Assembly (NCBI GenBank): GCA_029213265.1
Contig: JARGNG010000016.1
Location: forward strand, 39,295 to 103,294
DNA from: Verrucomicrobiales bacterium
GTDB taxonomy: Bacteria; Verrucomicrobiota; Verrucomicrobiia; Verrucomicrobiales; DEV007
Direction of reading: 5' to 3'
Length of the DNA stretch: 64,000 nucleotides
Shown here piece by piece: positions 47,082-57,230 of the stretch. A model generated the notes under the pieces. That model ran no database searches, was not told the DNA's origin, and worked only from the letters and a program-made list of their open reading frames with translations. Position 1 is the stretch's first letter. Every line of letters begins with the position of its first letter. The position numbers and the translations under genes are program-made.

Positions 47082-48620
47082 ATGGCGAAGAAACCAGTTG
47101 TATTGATCATTCGTGACGGATGGGGAGATAACCCCGGAGGCCCCGAGGAGGCCGAGAAAGTGGGTGATTGCCCGCGGCTCGCGAACACTCCATTCACTGA
47201 CCAGATGCATGCCAAATATCCGGTCGCGCACCTGAGTTGCAGCGGATTGGACGTGGGTCTGCCGGAAGGGCAAATGGGGAATTCGGAAGTGGGGCACTTG
47301 AATCTCGGTGCGGGCCGGGTTGTGTATCAGGATTTTACGAGGATCAACAAAACGATTGAAGACAACGAACTGGCTTCGATTCCTCAGTTGAAGGAGGCGT
47401 TTGAAAAAGCTTCCTCCACCCGACTTCATTTGCTGGGATTGGTTTCGGACGGGGGCGTGCACAGTCACCAGGATCATCTCTGTGCTCTCGCGGCTGCGGC
47501 GAAGGCGGCAGGGGTGGGCGATATCATGGTCCACGCGATCACGGATGGACGCGACACTTCGCCGACCGGGGGAAAGGATTACCTCGGATATTGCGAAGAC
47601 AAACTGGCCGAGTCCGGTGCGAAAATCGTGACGGTCATCGGGCGCTACTATGCGATGGATCGTGACAAGCGATGGGATCGCTCCAAGCTGGCCTGGGATG
47701 CGATTGTTCATGGAAAAGGGGAGGCAAAAGAAATTCTCGCTTCCGAGGCCGTGGCGGAGCAATACACCGACCATGTGACCGACGAATTCATGAATCCGAT
47801 GGTCTTTGACGCAGTGGATGAGCAGCGGGTTCGTGACGGAGATGTCGTGCTCTTTTTTAACTTCCGCGCGGATCGTGCCCGACAGTTGAGCGTCGCGTTT
47901 CTCAACGAAGATTTTGACGGATTTGATCGGGGAGAGTGGCCGAAGGTGAGTTACTACACCATGACCGAATACGACGAAACCTATGGTTGTCCCGTCATTT
48001 TCGGTCCCGAGGAATTGACGAATACGCTCGGTGAGGTGGTTGCGAGAGCGGGCATGACTCAGTTGCGAATTGCCGAGACGGAAAAGTATCCGCACGTCTC
48101 CTTTTTCTTCAATGGAGGTGTTGAGCTGGAAAATGAGGGGGAAGACCGCCAGATGCTGCAATCGCCGCAGGATGTCGCGACGTACGATGAGAAGCCGGAG
48201 ATGTCAGCCGAGGAGGTCACACAAACGATTCTCGACCGCATCGAGAACTACGACATGGCGATCATCAACTACGCGAACCCTGACATGGTGGGCCACACCG
48301 GCGATGTGCCTGCAGCGATCAAGGCGGTGGAATGTGTCGATGATTGCGTTCGGCGCGTCGTCGAAAAAGTACTTTCGCTCGGAGGAAAACTCCTCATCAC
48401 CGCCGACCACGGAAATTGCGAAGTGATGATCAATCCGGATGGTTCACCGCAGACCGCACACACCACCAATCTGGTTCATCTGATTTATGTGGGTGATGAC
48501 GCGGGCGAGGTCACTCTCCAGAGCGGGAAGCTGGCCGACATTGCTCCGACGATTCTGAGCCTGTTAGGCCTGGAACAGCCGGAGGAGATGACAGGAGAGG
48601 TGCTCCTGTCACCGAAGTAA
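47082..48620 (+). CDS. gpmI: 2,3-bisphosphoglycerate-independent phosphoglycerate mutase
   Basis: LIIRDGWG, GQMGNSEVGH, GRYYAMDRD, AETEKYPHV, NPDMVGHTG, TADHGN. Confidence 0.97.
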   Translation: MAKKPVVLIIRDGWGDNPGGPEEAEKVGDCPRLANTPFTDQMHAKYPVAHLSCSGLDVGLPEGQMGNSEVGHLNLGAGRVVYQDFTRINKTIEDNELASIPQLKEAFEKASSTRLHLLGLVSDGGVHSHQDHLCALAAAAKAAGVGDIMVHAITDGRDTSPTGGKDYLGYCEDKLAESGAKIVTVIGRYYAMDRDKRWDRSKLAWDAIVHGKGEAKEILASEAVAEQYTDHVTDEFMNPMVFDAVDEQRVRDGDVVLFFNFRADRARQLSVAFLNEDFDGFDRGEWPKVSYYTMTEYDETYGCPVIFGPEELTNTLGEVVARAGMTQLRIAETEKYPHVSFFFNGGVELENEGEDRQMLQSPQDVATYDEKPEMSAEEVTQTILDRIENYDMAIINYANPDMVGHTGDVPAAIKAVECVDDCVRRVVEKVLSLGGKLLITADHGNCEVMINPDGSPQTAHTTNLVHLIYVGDDAGEVTLQSGKLADIAPTILSLLGLEQPEEMTGEVLLSPK

Positions 48621-48632
48621 TCGGCGTTTACG

Positions 48633-50117
48633 TTACAAATCCTTCTCCGTCGGAGGGAATCGTTTCCGGCCTGCGCTGTCGACGGGCTGGCCGTTGCGGA
48701 GGCTCCACCATTCCCCGGCACGCTCTTCCTCGAAGTGCGGGTTGGGGATGGGCATCCGGGCGATGACCCGATTCTGCCAGCGCTGCAGTTTGCCTTTGAG
48801 ATCGGCAACGCGGCCTTTTTTCTCTTCGGAAAGATCATTCTTCTCCCCGATGTCTTCGGCAAGGTGGTAGAGCTCCATTTCTCCCGTGTTGTCGAGATAT
48901 TGAAGAAGTTTCCATTCGCCTTCTCGAATGGCAGCAGCAGGGCGGTGATGGTGATAGTGGGGGTAATGAAAATGAATCGCGCTTCGCTTGAGGGCTGTCG
49001 TTTCATCCTGCAGCACCGGTAGGAGGCTGAGCCCGTCGATGGTCTGGTTCTCAGGAAGTTTGCCTCCACCCAGTTCGACAAAGGTCGGATAGAAATCATA
49101 GCTGATCGCGACCGTCGAGGTCACGCTGCCGGGTTTTACGAGGGGAGGGTATTTCACAATGAGGGGAACCCGAATGCCGCCCTCGTAGAGCTGCCCTTTT
49201 TCGCCGCGGAGAGGGGCGTTGCTGGTGACGTTGTCGTCGGCCTCGGGGGTGTAGTCATAACGCCGGTAGAGTCCTCCGTTGTCAGAGGAGAAAGCGATCA
49301 TGGTGTTTTTGGTGAGCCCGGCCTTTTCGACGGCGGCAAGGATGCGACCGACGAGATCATCGAGTTCCTCGGTCATGGCCGCATAGACGGGGTGGGGGAG
49401 GTCACGGCCCATCTCTTTTGCTTTCTTTTCATACTTCGCGACGAGATCGGAACGGGACGTGAGGGGGATATGAACCGCGTAGGGGGACACCATCAGAAAG
49501 AAGGTCTTCTCTTTGTTTTCGCCGATGTAGTTTTCGGCGAGTTCGGCTTCGAAGTCAGTTCGGAACTGGTCGGGTCGGGGCTTGATGTCGGTGGCCCCGT
49601 GCTGAATGCGGAACTTTCCGGGGAGAAAAGGACCGCCGACCACGGCGCTCCAGTCATAGCCCTGCTGTTCCGGTTGGAATTCGGGGCCATTGCCGAGATG
49701 CCATTTCCCAATGTATCCGGTGGTGTAATCAGCCCCTTTGAGGGATTCAGCAACGGTTACGACATCGAGAGGAAGGGACATCGTCGTCAGCGGGGTTTGA
49801 ACCCGCTCAAAGGGCCGCCAGTGACCCGGAATGTGAGCGGTGATTCCGATTCGGGCCTGATTCTGGCCGGACTGCACGGCGCAGCGGGTCGGGGAACAAA
49901 CCGCGCCCGCAGCATAGAAATCGGTGAATCGCATCCCGTCCTTCGCCAGTTGATCGAGGTTCGGGGTCTCGATGAAATCATTGCCATAGGGGCCGATATC
50001 CGCCCAGCCGAGGTCGTCGGCCATGATGTAAATGATGTTCGGCTTTTCAGCGTGGGCAGAAGGAGCGAGCCAGAGCAGCGCGGCTGCGAAGAAAATAGGG
50101 AAGGTGGAAAATTTCAT
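48633..50117 (-). CDS. Sulfatase (N-acetylgalactosamine-6-sulfatase-like)
   Basis: PNIIYIMADDLG, CSPTRCAV (CxPxR), GKWHLG, SDNGG, EGGIRVP. Confidence 0.92.
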   Translation of the reverse strand: MKFSTFPIFFAAALLWLAPSAHAEKPNIIYIMADDLGWADIGPYGNDFIETPNLDQLAKDGMRFTDFYAAGAVCSPTRCAVQSGQNQARIGITAHIPGHWRPFERVQTPLTTMSLPLDVVTVAESLKGADYTTGYIGKWHLGNGPEFQPEQQGYDWSAVVGGPFLPGKFRIQHGATDIKPRPDQFRTDFEAELAENYIGENKEKTFFLMVSPYAVHIPLTSRSDLVAKYEKKAKEMGRDLPHPVYAAMTEELDDLVGRILAAVEKAGLTKNTMIAFSSDNGGLYRRYDYTPEADDNVTSNAPLRGEKGQLYEGGIRVPLIVKYPPLVKPGSVTSTVAISYDFYPTFVELGGGKLPENQTIDGLSLLPVLQDETTALKRSAIHFHYPHYHHHRPAAAIREGEWKLLQYLDNTGEMELYHLAEDIGEKNDLSEEKKGRVADLKGKLQRWQNRVIARMPIPNPHFEEERAGEWWSLRNGQPVDSAGRKRFPPTEKDL

Positions 50118-50225
50118 GGGAGTGGATAGTAAGGAACGCGGTTCTCGTCGTCGAGAGCGGGATCGGGGACTTTTTGAAAAAAAGTGTGAACAAACCGAAT
50201 CCAAACCGGTCTCTCATTCGTTCGC

Positions 50226-50708
50226 ATGAGGAACCATTTTCGAATGAACCATTTTTTGCTCTCGACGCTCACCGTGGGACTACTGCTTCTCCTTTTCGCC
50301 GTCGGCGATTCGTATGCAAGTGAACGGGAGAAAACTTCGGCGATGCGGCTCGGGAGAATGAAGGCGATGTCCTGTGCCGGTTGTCACGGTATGGACGGGA
50401 AAGGAATCGAGCGGAATGGGAAATGGGTAGCTCCCGCATACAGCGAATCTGCCATCCTCAGGGATGATCCGGAAAAGCTGGCTCTCATTATTTTGAAAGG
50501 AATTCGAAAAGAGAGCGAGCACTACTCCGGTGCGATGGGTGGAATGGAGACGGTCTACGACGATCGCAGCCTCGCTGCCGTAATGACCTGGGTACGCAAC
50601 CAATACGGAGGACAGGACGACCACATCACTGCCGATCAAGTCGCAGAGTGGAGAAAGAAGTTTTCCGATCACCAGGGGCCGGTCGCCCTCGGAGAGATCA
50701 CTGAGTAG
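50226..50708 (+). CDS. Monoheme cytochrome c
   Basis: Signal peptide; CAGCH; YSGAMGG, AAVMTWVRN. Confidence 0.85.
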   Translation: MRNHFRMNHFLLSTLTVGLLLLLFAVGDSYASEREKTSAMRLGRMKAMSCAGCHGMDGKGIERNGKWVAPAYSESAILRDDPEKLALIILKGIRKESEHYSGAMGGMETVYDDRSLAAVMTWVRNQYGGQDDHITADQVAEWRKKFSDHQGPVALGEITE

Positions 50709-50773
50709 CCTACCATAAACACGCCATCTGAATTTCAGGGAAAAATCCCGATCAAATCGTAACTGATTATTGA

Positions 50774-51244
50774 ATGAAAACTACCATCATCACTTCCACT
50801 CTCGCTCTTGTTGCTGTCGCTCTTTTCGGGGCACAGAATGCGCAGGCTCACTGTCAGGTTCCCTGCGGAATTTTTGCCGACCAGGCTGAATTCGAAAAGC
50901 TGCTGGAGGCGCAGACGACCATTGCCAAAGCAAACGTCGAAATGGCTAAGTTGCTGGAGGACAAGTCTCCTCTCGCGGTAAACCAGGCGACGCGCTGGAT
51001 CATGACGAAAGAAGATCACTGCGTAAAAGTCATGGAGTCGATCGCTCAATATTTCATGGCACAGCGGGTCAAGCCGGATGCAGAGAACTACGAGAAAGCT
51101 CTCGTTGCTGCGCACAACGTGATGCGTGCAGCGATGAAGGCGAAGCAGGACCCGTCCGCTGAAGTGGCAGAAGCGTTGAAGAGTTCCATCTTCGATCTGT
51201 ACCGTGCCTATGAGGGCAAAGAGCCTGACTTCCACAAGCACTGA
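50774..51244 (+). CDS. sodN: Nickel superoxide dismutase
   Basis: Signal ending AQA followed by Ni-hook HCQVPCGIF; NQATRWIMTKE.H. Confidence 0.9.
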   Translation: MKTTIITSTLALVAVALFGAQNAQAHCQVPCGIFADQAEFEKLLEAQTTIAKANVEMAKLLEDKSPLAVNQATRWIMTKEDHCVKVMESIAQYFMAQRVKPDAENYEKALVAAHNVMRAAMKAKQDPSAEVAEALKSSIFDLYRAYEGKEPDFHKH

Positions 51245-51297
51245 TCTGGTAGTCAGGCACGATGCCGTGGTTCTTGAGCCACTGTTTGATTTTGGAG

Positions 51298-51323
51298 AGG
51301 GACGACATTCTGTCGTCCCTTTT
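51298..51323. terminator. Terminator between convergent genes
   Basis: AGGGACGACA-TTC-TGTCGTCCCT then TTT. Confidence 0.7.
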
Positions 51324-51339
51324 TGTCTGGGCGAACGAG

Positions 51340-52821
51340 TTAGCTCAGAATCCCGTTGATCACCCTTGCCGGGTTCACTCCGGTCAGTTTCTGCTGCAGG
51401 CCCTGAAACGGAACTGCGAGATGCTTGTGATCAAATCCTAACAGGTGTAGAAGCGTGGCGTGCATGTCGGGGATGGAAACGGGGTTGAGTGCGGCACTGT
51501 AGCCGATCGGGTCGGTTTCCCCGTAGCTGGTTCCGCCTTTGACGCCTGCTCCCGCCATCCACATCGTGAAAGCCCCGGGATTGTGGTCGCGGCCTTTGAG
51601 TGCCATTTCCTGGCCACCGCGGTTTTCCCGCATCGGGGTGCGCCCGAATTCACCACCCCAAACGACGAGCGTGTCTTCCAGCATCCCGCGCTGTTTCAGA
51701 TCGGTGAGAAGGGCCGAGATCGGTTTGTCGATTTGCTTGCACTTGTCGAGGAAACCTCCATTGAGGGCCTCTGACTTGGACGCTCCGTGAGAGTCCCATC
51801 CCCAGTCGAACAGCTGAATGTAGCGGACGCCCTGCTCGGCAAGGCGCCGGGCGAGGAGGCAGTTATTGGCGAAACTTTCCCTGCCGGGCTGGGTGCCATA
51901 CATTTCGTGAATGCCTGCCGGCTCGTCGTCGATGCTCATCACATCGGGAACGGCGGTCTGCATCCGGTAAGCCATCTCATACTGCGCAATTCTCGTCAGC
52001 GTTTCCGGATCGCCGAATTCTTCGTGCGTCTTCTGATTGAGTCGTTTCAGAGCGTCCAGTGCGGTCCGTCGAATTTCGCGGGAGTTTCCGGCGGGGTTGG
52101 AGACATTCAGAACCGGATCACCGACGGAGCGGCACTGCACTCCCTGGTAGACGGAGGGGAGAAAGCCGGCACTCCAGAGCGCTTTGCCGACGCGGGGGAG
52201 GCGGCCACCTGACAAAAGCACCATGAACCCGGGGAGGTCCGCGTTTTCCGTTCCCATTCCCCAGGTCACCCAGGATCCGGCCGACGGATATCCCATCTGG
52301 GCATGGCCGGTGTGAACCATGAGCTGGGCCGGGCCGTGATTAAACTGGTCCGTGTGCATGGTCTTGATCATACAGAGGTCGTCGGCGTGATCGGCAAGAT
52401 GGGGAAGAAGTTCAGAGATCCACGTTCCGGAATTTCCATGCTGCGAAAATTTGGCCTGGGGACCCATCATGTTGGGCGTTCCCTGGATGAAGGCGAAGCG
52501 TTTGCCCTCGAGGAATTCCTGCGGGCAGGGCTTGCCATCGAGCTTCTCCAGTTCCGGCTTGTAGTCAAAGAGCTCGAGCTGGCTCGGGGCTCCGATCATG
52601 TGGAGAAAAATGACCCGCTTCGCTTTCGGGTTGATGTGAGGCTGCAGCGCGCTGAGAGGATTGTCAGGAGCGTGCTCCGGCTTTCCCGCGGCGGCTCCGG
52701 CGAACTGATTGGCGAGAAAGAAGCTGCCCAAACCCGTGGTGCAGGTTTGCAGGAACTGTCGACGCGTGTCCGCTTCGAGGGATTGCTTTCGCAGTTCTGT
52801 CAGGATGGTTTCCGGTTGCAT
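51340..52821 (-). CDS. DUF1501 protein (Tat-exported, sulfatase-like)
   Basis: RRQFL, FLHMIGAPSQLELFDYKP, GWDSHG, WGGEFGRTP, GRDH. Confidence 0.9.
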   Translation of the reverse strand: MQPETILTELRKQSLEADTRRQFLQTCTTGLGSFFLANQFAGAAAGKPEHAPDNPLSALQPHINPKAKRVIFLHMIGAPSQLELFDYKPELEKLDGKPCPQEFLEGKRFAFIQGTPNMMGPQAKFSQHGNSGTWISELLPHLADHADDLCMIKTMHTDQFNHGPAQLMVHTGHAQMGYPSAGSWVTWGMGTENADLPGFMVLLSGGRLPRVGKALWSAGFLPSVYQGVQCRSVGDPVLNVSNPAGNSREIRRTALDALKRLNQKTHEEFGDPETLTRIAQYEMAYRMQTAVPDVMSIDDEPAGIHEMYGTQPGRESFANNCLLARRLAEQGVRYIQLFDWGWDSHGASKSEALNGGFLDKCKQIDKPISALLTDLKQRGMLEDTLVVWGGEFGRTPMRENRGGQEMALKGRDHNPGAFTMWMAGAGVKGGTSYGETDPIGYSAALNPVSIPDMHATLLHLLGFDHKHLAVPFQGLQQKLTGVNPARVINGILS

Positions 52822-52849
52822 CAGGGAAGAAGGGGAGCTTGGGAGATCT

Positions 52850-55750
52850 CTATTTCGTGAGGACTTCGTCCAGGTTGAGAATAACCTGGGCGACGATGGT
52901 GTAGGCGGCTCCATCAGGTGAGCCGGCCATGCCTTTCATCAATTCGGGCCGGGACTGGTATTGCGCTTGAAGCTTGTCGAAAAGTCCGACCAGTTCGTCG
53001 AGACGATCCTGCGAAGGCTGGCGGGCGGTGGCGATGCGGACACCGGCTGCAATCTTTTCTGCGACGCTTCCATCGGTCTCGTATTTCATGCGGCGGGCGA
53101 GCCCCTGCGCGGCCTCGGCGTAGGCTTCATCGTTCAGCATCGTGAGCGCCTGGAGCGGCGTGTTCGAAACGAGGCGGCGGGGCGTGCAGAACTCCCTGGA
53201 AGGCGCGTCGAAGGTGGCAAAGGAGGGAAAGGGAATGCTTCGCTTGGTGTAGGTATACAAGGCCCGTCGATATCGATCTTCCCCTCCGGGCGGCGGAGTC
53301 TCCCATTTGTCTCCCCCCTGAAACGGTTTCCATACCCCGCCGGGGATTGGTGGATGGACCGGTGCTCCCCCCACTTTCTCCGTGAGAAGGCCTCCAATGG
53401 CGAGCGCCTGATCGCGGAGGACCTCGGCGGAGAGACGACCGCGAGGTCCGCGGGCTAGGAGTCGATTCTTTGGATCGAGTGCGACCAGTTCGGCGGAGGC
53501 GTGCGCCTGTTGCTGGTAGGTGGAGGAGGAAACGATTTCCCGAATGATCGCTTTCATGCTCCACGCGTTGTCCTTCTGAAACCGAATTGCGAGATGGTCG
53601 AGGAGGGCCGGGTGGCTCGGCTTTTCACCGGAGGAACCGAAGTCCTCCAACGTGGCAACCAGCCCGGTGCCGAAAAGACGTTCCCAGACGCGGTTCACAA
53701 AGACCCGTGAGGTAAGTGGGTTTTCGTCCGAGACCCACCACTTCGCCATGTCGAGTCGGGTCGCCCTTTCCCCTGCGGAGAGAGAAGGCAGGCTGTCGGG
53801 GACTCCCACAGACACGGCCTTGTCCTTTTCGAGAAAGTTGCCGCGTGCGAATATGTGAGTGGGTCGGGAGATGGATTGAGGTCGCTCCGCCATGACCGGA
53901 ATCGAGGTCGAGGGGATTGCGTTCCGCTCCTTGATCGCCGCTGCGAGATCACTGCGCTTTTGGGCCCGCCCCGGATCGTTGCCGAAAGCGGTCAGAGTTT
54001 CGTCGACGCTCGTTTCGAGAAAGCCTCTTTGCACCACGAGAGGAAAGGAGCCCAGAAGAAATCCCTTGTTGGAAATTCGAATCTTCAGCTTCTTCCCTGC
54101 GACGTCGATAGGCTGCTTCGGAATCATCACGATCTCGCGGGTGTGATGGATTCGCGTCCAGGCTTCAAATCCTTTGCCGTTCGCGCCGATGAGTGTATTC
54201 GGCTCATTGGGAAGATAAGGTACGTCGGCAATGGAAACGGAAAAGTCGACCTTGGTTTCCTTCCCGTCGGCAGTGGCGACATCCGCGGTGAAGTCGCTGA
54301 TTTCAAATCCCCATTCCGAGTCCTTCAGTGCTTTGTCAGGATCTTTCGGAAGGATGGTCAGCCGGATTCCTGTGACCGGCCTCGCACTGGCAGGGAAGTC
54401 GGAATAAAGCCGGTAAATCGGGCCCCGTTGCACGGTTCCTACTGTTTGAAACTGATGCTGGCCATCAACCGTCTTGGTCTCGAGTTTCGTGTTGTTGCTG
54501 CTGGATGCGTGATGCAGAGGAAGGGCGCTCCATTTTGCTGCGGTGGCGGTCTTCCGGCCTTCCTTCCAGATCTCGTTTTGCAGAGTCCTTATTTTTTGAT
54601 CAAGGTCGCGTGCAGCGGTGTATTGCTTCGGATCATTCGGGACCCGGAGCACAGGTTCATCGTTGCTGAGATCACTGTCGGCGGTGTTGTTGAAAAAGGC
54701 GAGAAACTCGTAGTATTCCGGATGGCGAAAGGCTTCGTAGGGATGGTCGTGGCACTGGACGCAGCCGAAGGTCATCGCACCCCAGGTTTGCCAGGTGGTG
54801 TTGACCCGATCGATCACCGCTTCGGTTCGGAATTCTTCATCGTCGGTTCCGCCCTCGTTGTTGGTCTGCGTATTGCGATGAGCGGCCGTTGCGATGAGAT
54901 CGTCCATCGTCGGACCGGGGAGTAGATCGCCCGCCAGTTGGCGGATCGTGAACTGATCGAAAGGCATGTCTTCGTTGAAGGCGGAAATGACCCAGTCGCG
55001 ATAGGGCCAGATCGTTCTCTTGCCGTCCTGCCCCAGCCCCCGTGAATCGGCGTAGCGAACGAGGTCGAGCCACATCGTGGCCCACTTTTCCCCGAAGGCG
55101 GGGCGGGAAAGGAGATCTTCGATGACGTTTTGAGTGGCCTTCGTGCGGTCCGTTGCACAGGCGGCCTCGAATGCTTCCATTTCTTCCAAGGTTGGAGGAA
55201 CTCCCGTAAGGTCGAGGGTGAGCCTGCGAAGGAGACGACCAGGCTCTGCGGGTGGAGACGGCTGAAGGTCTTCTTTCTCGAGTCGGGCCCGCACAAAGTG
55301 ATCGATATCATTTCCACCGGCGGCTTTTTCTGCGACGACGGGGATTTCCGGCTGGGTGGGTTTCTCGAAGGACCAGTGCCCTGACCAGGGGGCTCCCTGC
55401 GCGATCCACTTCCGGATCAGCTCGATTTCCCGGTCGCTCAGTCCCTCAGGGTGCTCGTCGGCAGGCGGCATCCGGTCGGAGTCGTCATCGGGAAGAGTAA
55501 GGCGAAAGAGCATCTCCGAGGCTTCGGTATCACCGGGTTTTACGACTGGATTGCCGGTGTCGCCCTCGAAATTGATGACCTGCTCCTCGTAGACGAAAGA
55601 GACGCCGCCGGCTTGCTTGACCCCACCATGGCAGCCGGTGCATTTCGAATTCAGGATCGGGCGAATGTCGCGGGCAAAGCTGACCGTTTCCTCTCCCCGT
55701 AGAGAGAGCATCGGTGTTGCCAGAGTCAAAAGCAGAAGTGCAAATCGCAT
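52850..55750 (-). CDS. Planctomycete cytochrome c / DUF1549 / DUF1553 (PSCyt1-PSCyt2-PSD1) protein
   Basis: CTGCHG, HWSFEKP, RRLTLDLTG, GCVQCHDH, SNTPLQALTMLN. Confidence 0.92.
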   Translation of the reverse strand: MRFALLLLTLATPMLSLRGEETVSFARDIRPILNSKCTGCHGGVKQAGGVSFVYEEQVINFEGDTGNPVVKPGDTEASEMLFRLTLPDDDSDRMPPADEHPEGLSDREIELIRKWIAQGAPWSGHWSFEKPTQPEIPVVAEKAAGGNDIDHFVRARLEKEDLQPSPPAEPGRLLRRLTLDLTGVPPTLEEMEAFEAACATDRTKATQNVIEDLLSRPAFGEKWATMWLDLVRYADSRGLGQDGKRTIWPYRDWVISAFNEDMPFDQFTIRQLAGDLLPGPTMDDLIATAAHRNTQTNNEGGTDDEEFRTEAVIDRVNTTWQTWGAMTFGCVQCHDHPYEAFRHPEYYEFLAFFNNTADSDLSNDEPVLRVPNDPKQYTAARDLDQKIRTLQNEIWKEGRKTATAAKWSALPLHHASSSNNTKLETKTVDGQHQFQTVGTVQRGPIYRLYSDFPASARPVTGIRLTILPKDPDKALKDSEWGFEISDFTADVATADGKETKVDFSVSIADVPYLPNEPNTLIGANGKGFEAWTRIHHTREIVMIPKQPIDVAGKKLKIRISNKGFLLGSFPLVVQRGFLETSVDETLTAFGNDPGRAQKRSDLAAAIKERNAIPSTSIPVMAERPQSISRPTHIFARGNFLEKDKAVSVGVPDSLPSLSAGERATRLDMAKWWVSDENPLTSRVFVNRVWERLFGTGLVATLEDFGSSGEKPSHPALLDHLAIRFQKDNAWSMKAIIREIVSSSTYQQQAHASAELVALDPKNRLLARGPRGRLSAEVLRDQALAIGGLLTEKVGGAPVHPPIPGGVWKPFQGGDKWETPPPGGEDRYRRALYTYTKRSIPFPSFATFDAPSREFCTPRRLVSNTPLQALTMLNDEAYAEAAQGLARRMKYETDGSVAEKIAAGVRIATARQPSQDRLDELVGLFDKLQAQYQSRPELMKGMAGSPDGAAYTIVAQVILNLDEVLTK

Positions 55751-55837
55751 CAGGATAAGGTAACGATTGCGGAGCCTAACCCTATCCGCGTATTTCCGGG
55801 AAGAAATCTCCGCAAGCCTATCTGGCGTCTCCTCTTT

Positions 55838-57118
55838 ATGAAAGTCCCCGGCATCCTCATTCTAGTCACCCTCGCGCAGTTGGGGCAGGCTCAGACCCGG
55901 TTGAAATACGCTCCCGCGCCGCCGGACAATCCTCTGAAGGGATTTGTTCCCTATGTTGAAATTGATCAAAGGGAGCGTTTTCCCCATAGCATGGAGTTTC
56001 ATTACTTTCCAATGCGGGACCTCATGAAAGGCTACGATGAATTCGACTGGTCGCCAGTGGAGGAAAAACTGGAGATCTGCCGCAGTCGTGGCTGCCAGAT
56101 GACCTTCCGCGTCATGATGGAGTACCCGGGCAAGCCCAATAGCGTTCCCCGGTTTCTGATCGAGGACGGGGTGAAAATCACAAATTGGAATCGCGAGGCT
56201 GCTGACGGAGGCGTCTGCCACACTCCCGACTATGAGGACCCGAAGTTGCGAAAAGCCCTTTCGAATTTCATCGCCGCTTTCGGAAAGAAATATGACGGTG
56301 ATCCCCGAATCGGATACCTGAGCGCCGGGTTGCTCGGGTCGTGGGGCGAATGGCACACGCACCCCCGTGGAGATCTCTGGGCATCCAGGGAAACGCAGGA
56401 GATCGTCCTCGACGAATTTGAGAAAGCCTTTTCCAACACTCCGATCCTGTTGCGCTACCCGGCGAAGGAGGGGCATTGGGATCAGGCGCCCAATGCACAC
56501 CGCCGCTTCGGGTATCACGATGATTCCTTCAACTGGGCCACCCTGGAGACCGGACGCGAGGAAGACAGCTGGTTTTTCATCCCTCTCCTGAAAAATGCCG
56601 GGGCGTTGGAGAAATGGAAGACGCAACCGATTGCGGGCGAACTGCGGCCGGAGCTTTGGAAAACGAGTTTCACCCCGGAGCGCCATCCTCAGGACCAGGG
56701 ATTTGACGAGAGTGTCCGGGCGACTCACGTAACGTGGCTGCTCGATACGGGACTGTTCTCCCGTCGGTATGAACTTTCGGAGGAGAGAAAGCAGGAGGCA
56801 ATTCTGGCAGCGCAAAAAATGGGCTACGAGTTTCACATCGCGAGTTGGCAAAAAGTAGACGGAAGGATCGAAATCGTGGTGGAGAATCGCGGCGTCGCGC
56901 CTTTCTATCATGACTGGCCGGTCGAACTGGTATGCGAAGCTCAAGAGGTCGCGACCTTCGATCTTCGGGGCATTCTTCCCGGGGAGGCAAAAACCTGGAA
57001 GGCATCAGTCGATGCCGATGGCCCGTTTCAACTGCGGGTTCCCAATCCGATGGAGGGTGGAAGGCCGCTTCGCTTTGCCAACAAAGAGCAGGGAGCTGAG
57101 TGGCTCGTGTTGCCTTGA
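55838..57118 (+). CDS. DUF4832 / glycoside-hydrolase-like secreted protein
   Basis: DNPLKGF, GLLGSWGEWH, GYHDDSF, NRGVAPFY. Confidence 0.75.
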   Translation: MKVPGILILVTLAQLGQAQTRLKYAPAPPDNPLKGFVPYVEIDQRERFPHSMEFHYFPMRDLMKGYDEFDWSPVEEKLEICRSRGCQMTFRVMMEYPGKPNSVPRFLIEDGVKITNWNREAADGGVCHTPDYEDPKLRKALSNFIAAFGKKYDGDPRIGYLSAGLLGSWGEWHTHPRGDLWASRETQEIVLDEFEKAFSNTPILLRYPAKEGHWDQAPNAHRRFGYHDDSFNWATLETGREEDSWFFIPLLKNAGALEKWKTQPIAGELRPELWKTSFTPERHPQDQGFDESVRATHVTWLLDTGLFSRRYELSEERKQEAILAAQKMGYEFHIASWQKVDGRIEIVVENRGVAPFYHDWPVELVCEAQEVATFDLRGILPGEAKTWKASVDADGPFQLRVPNPMEGGRPLRFANKEQGAEWLVLP

Positions 57119-57230
57119 TGGGAGAGGATTTGAAAGGCGGTATCAAGGCGCCGAACTCCAGAGGAAATCTAGTTTCCGACCTACGCGAAGCCGTTAGCGG
57201 TATTCGACCGGAACTCTGGCATCTTTTCTT

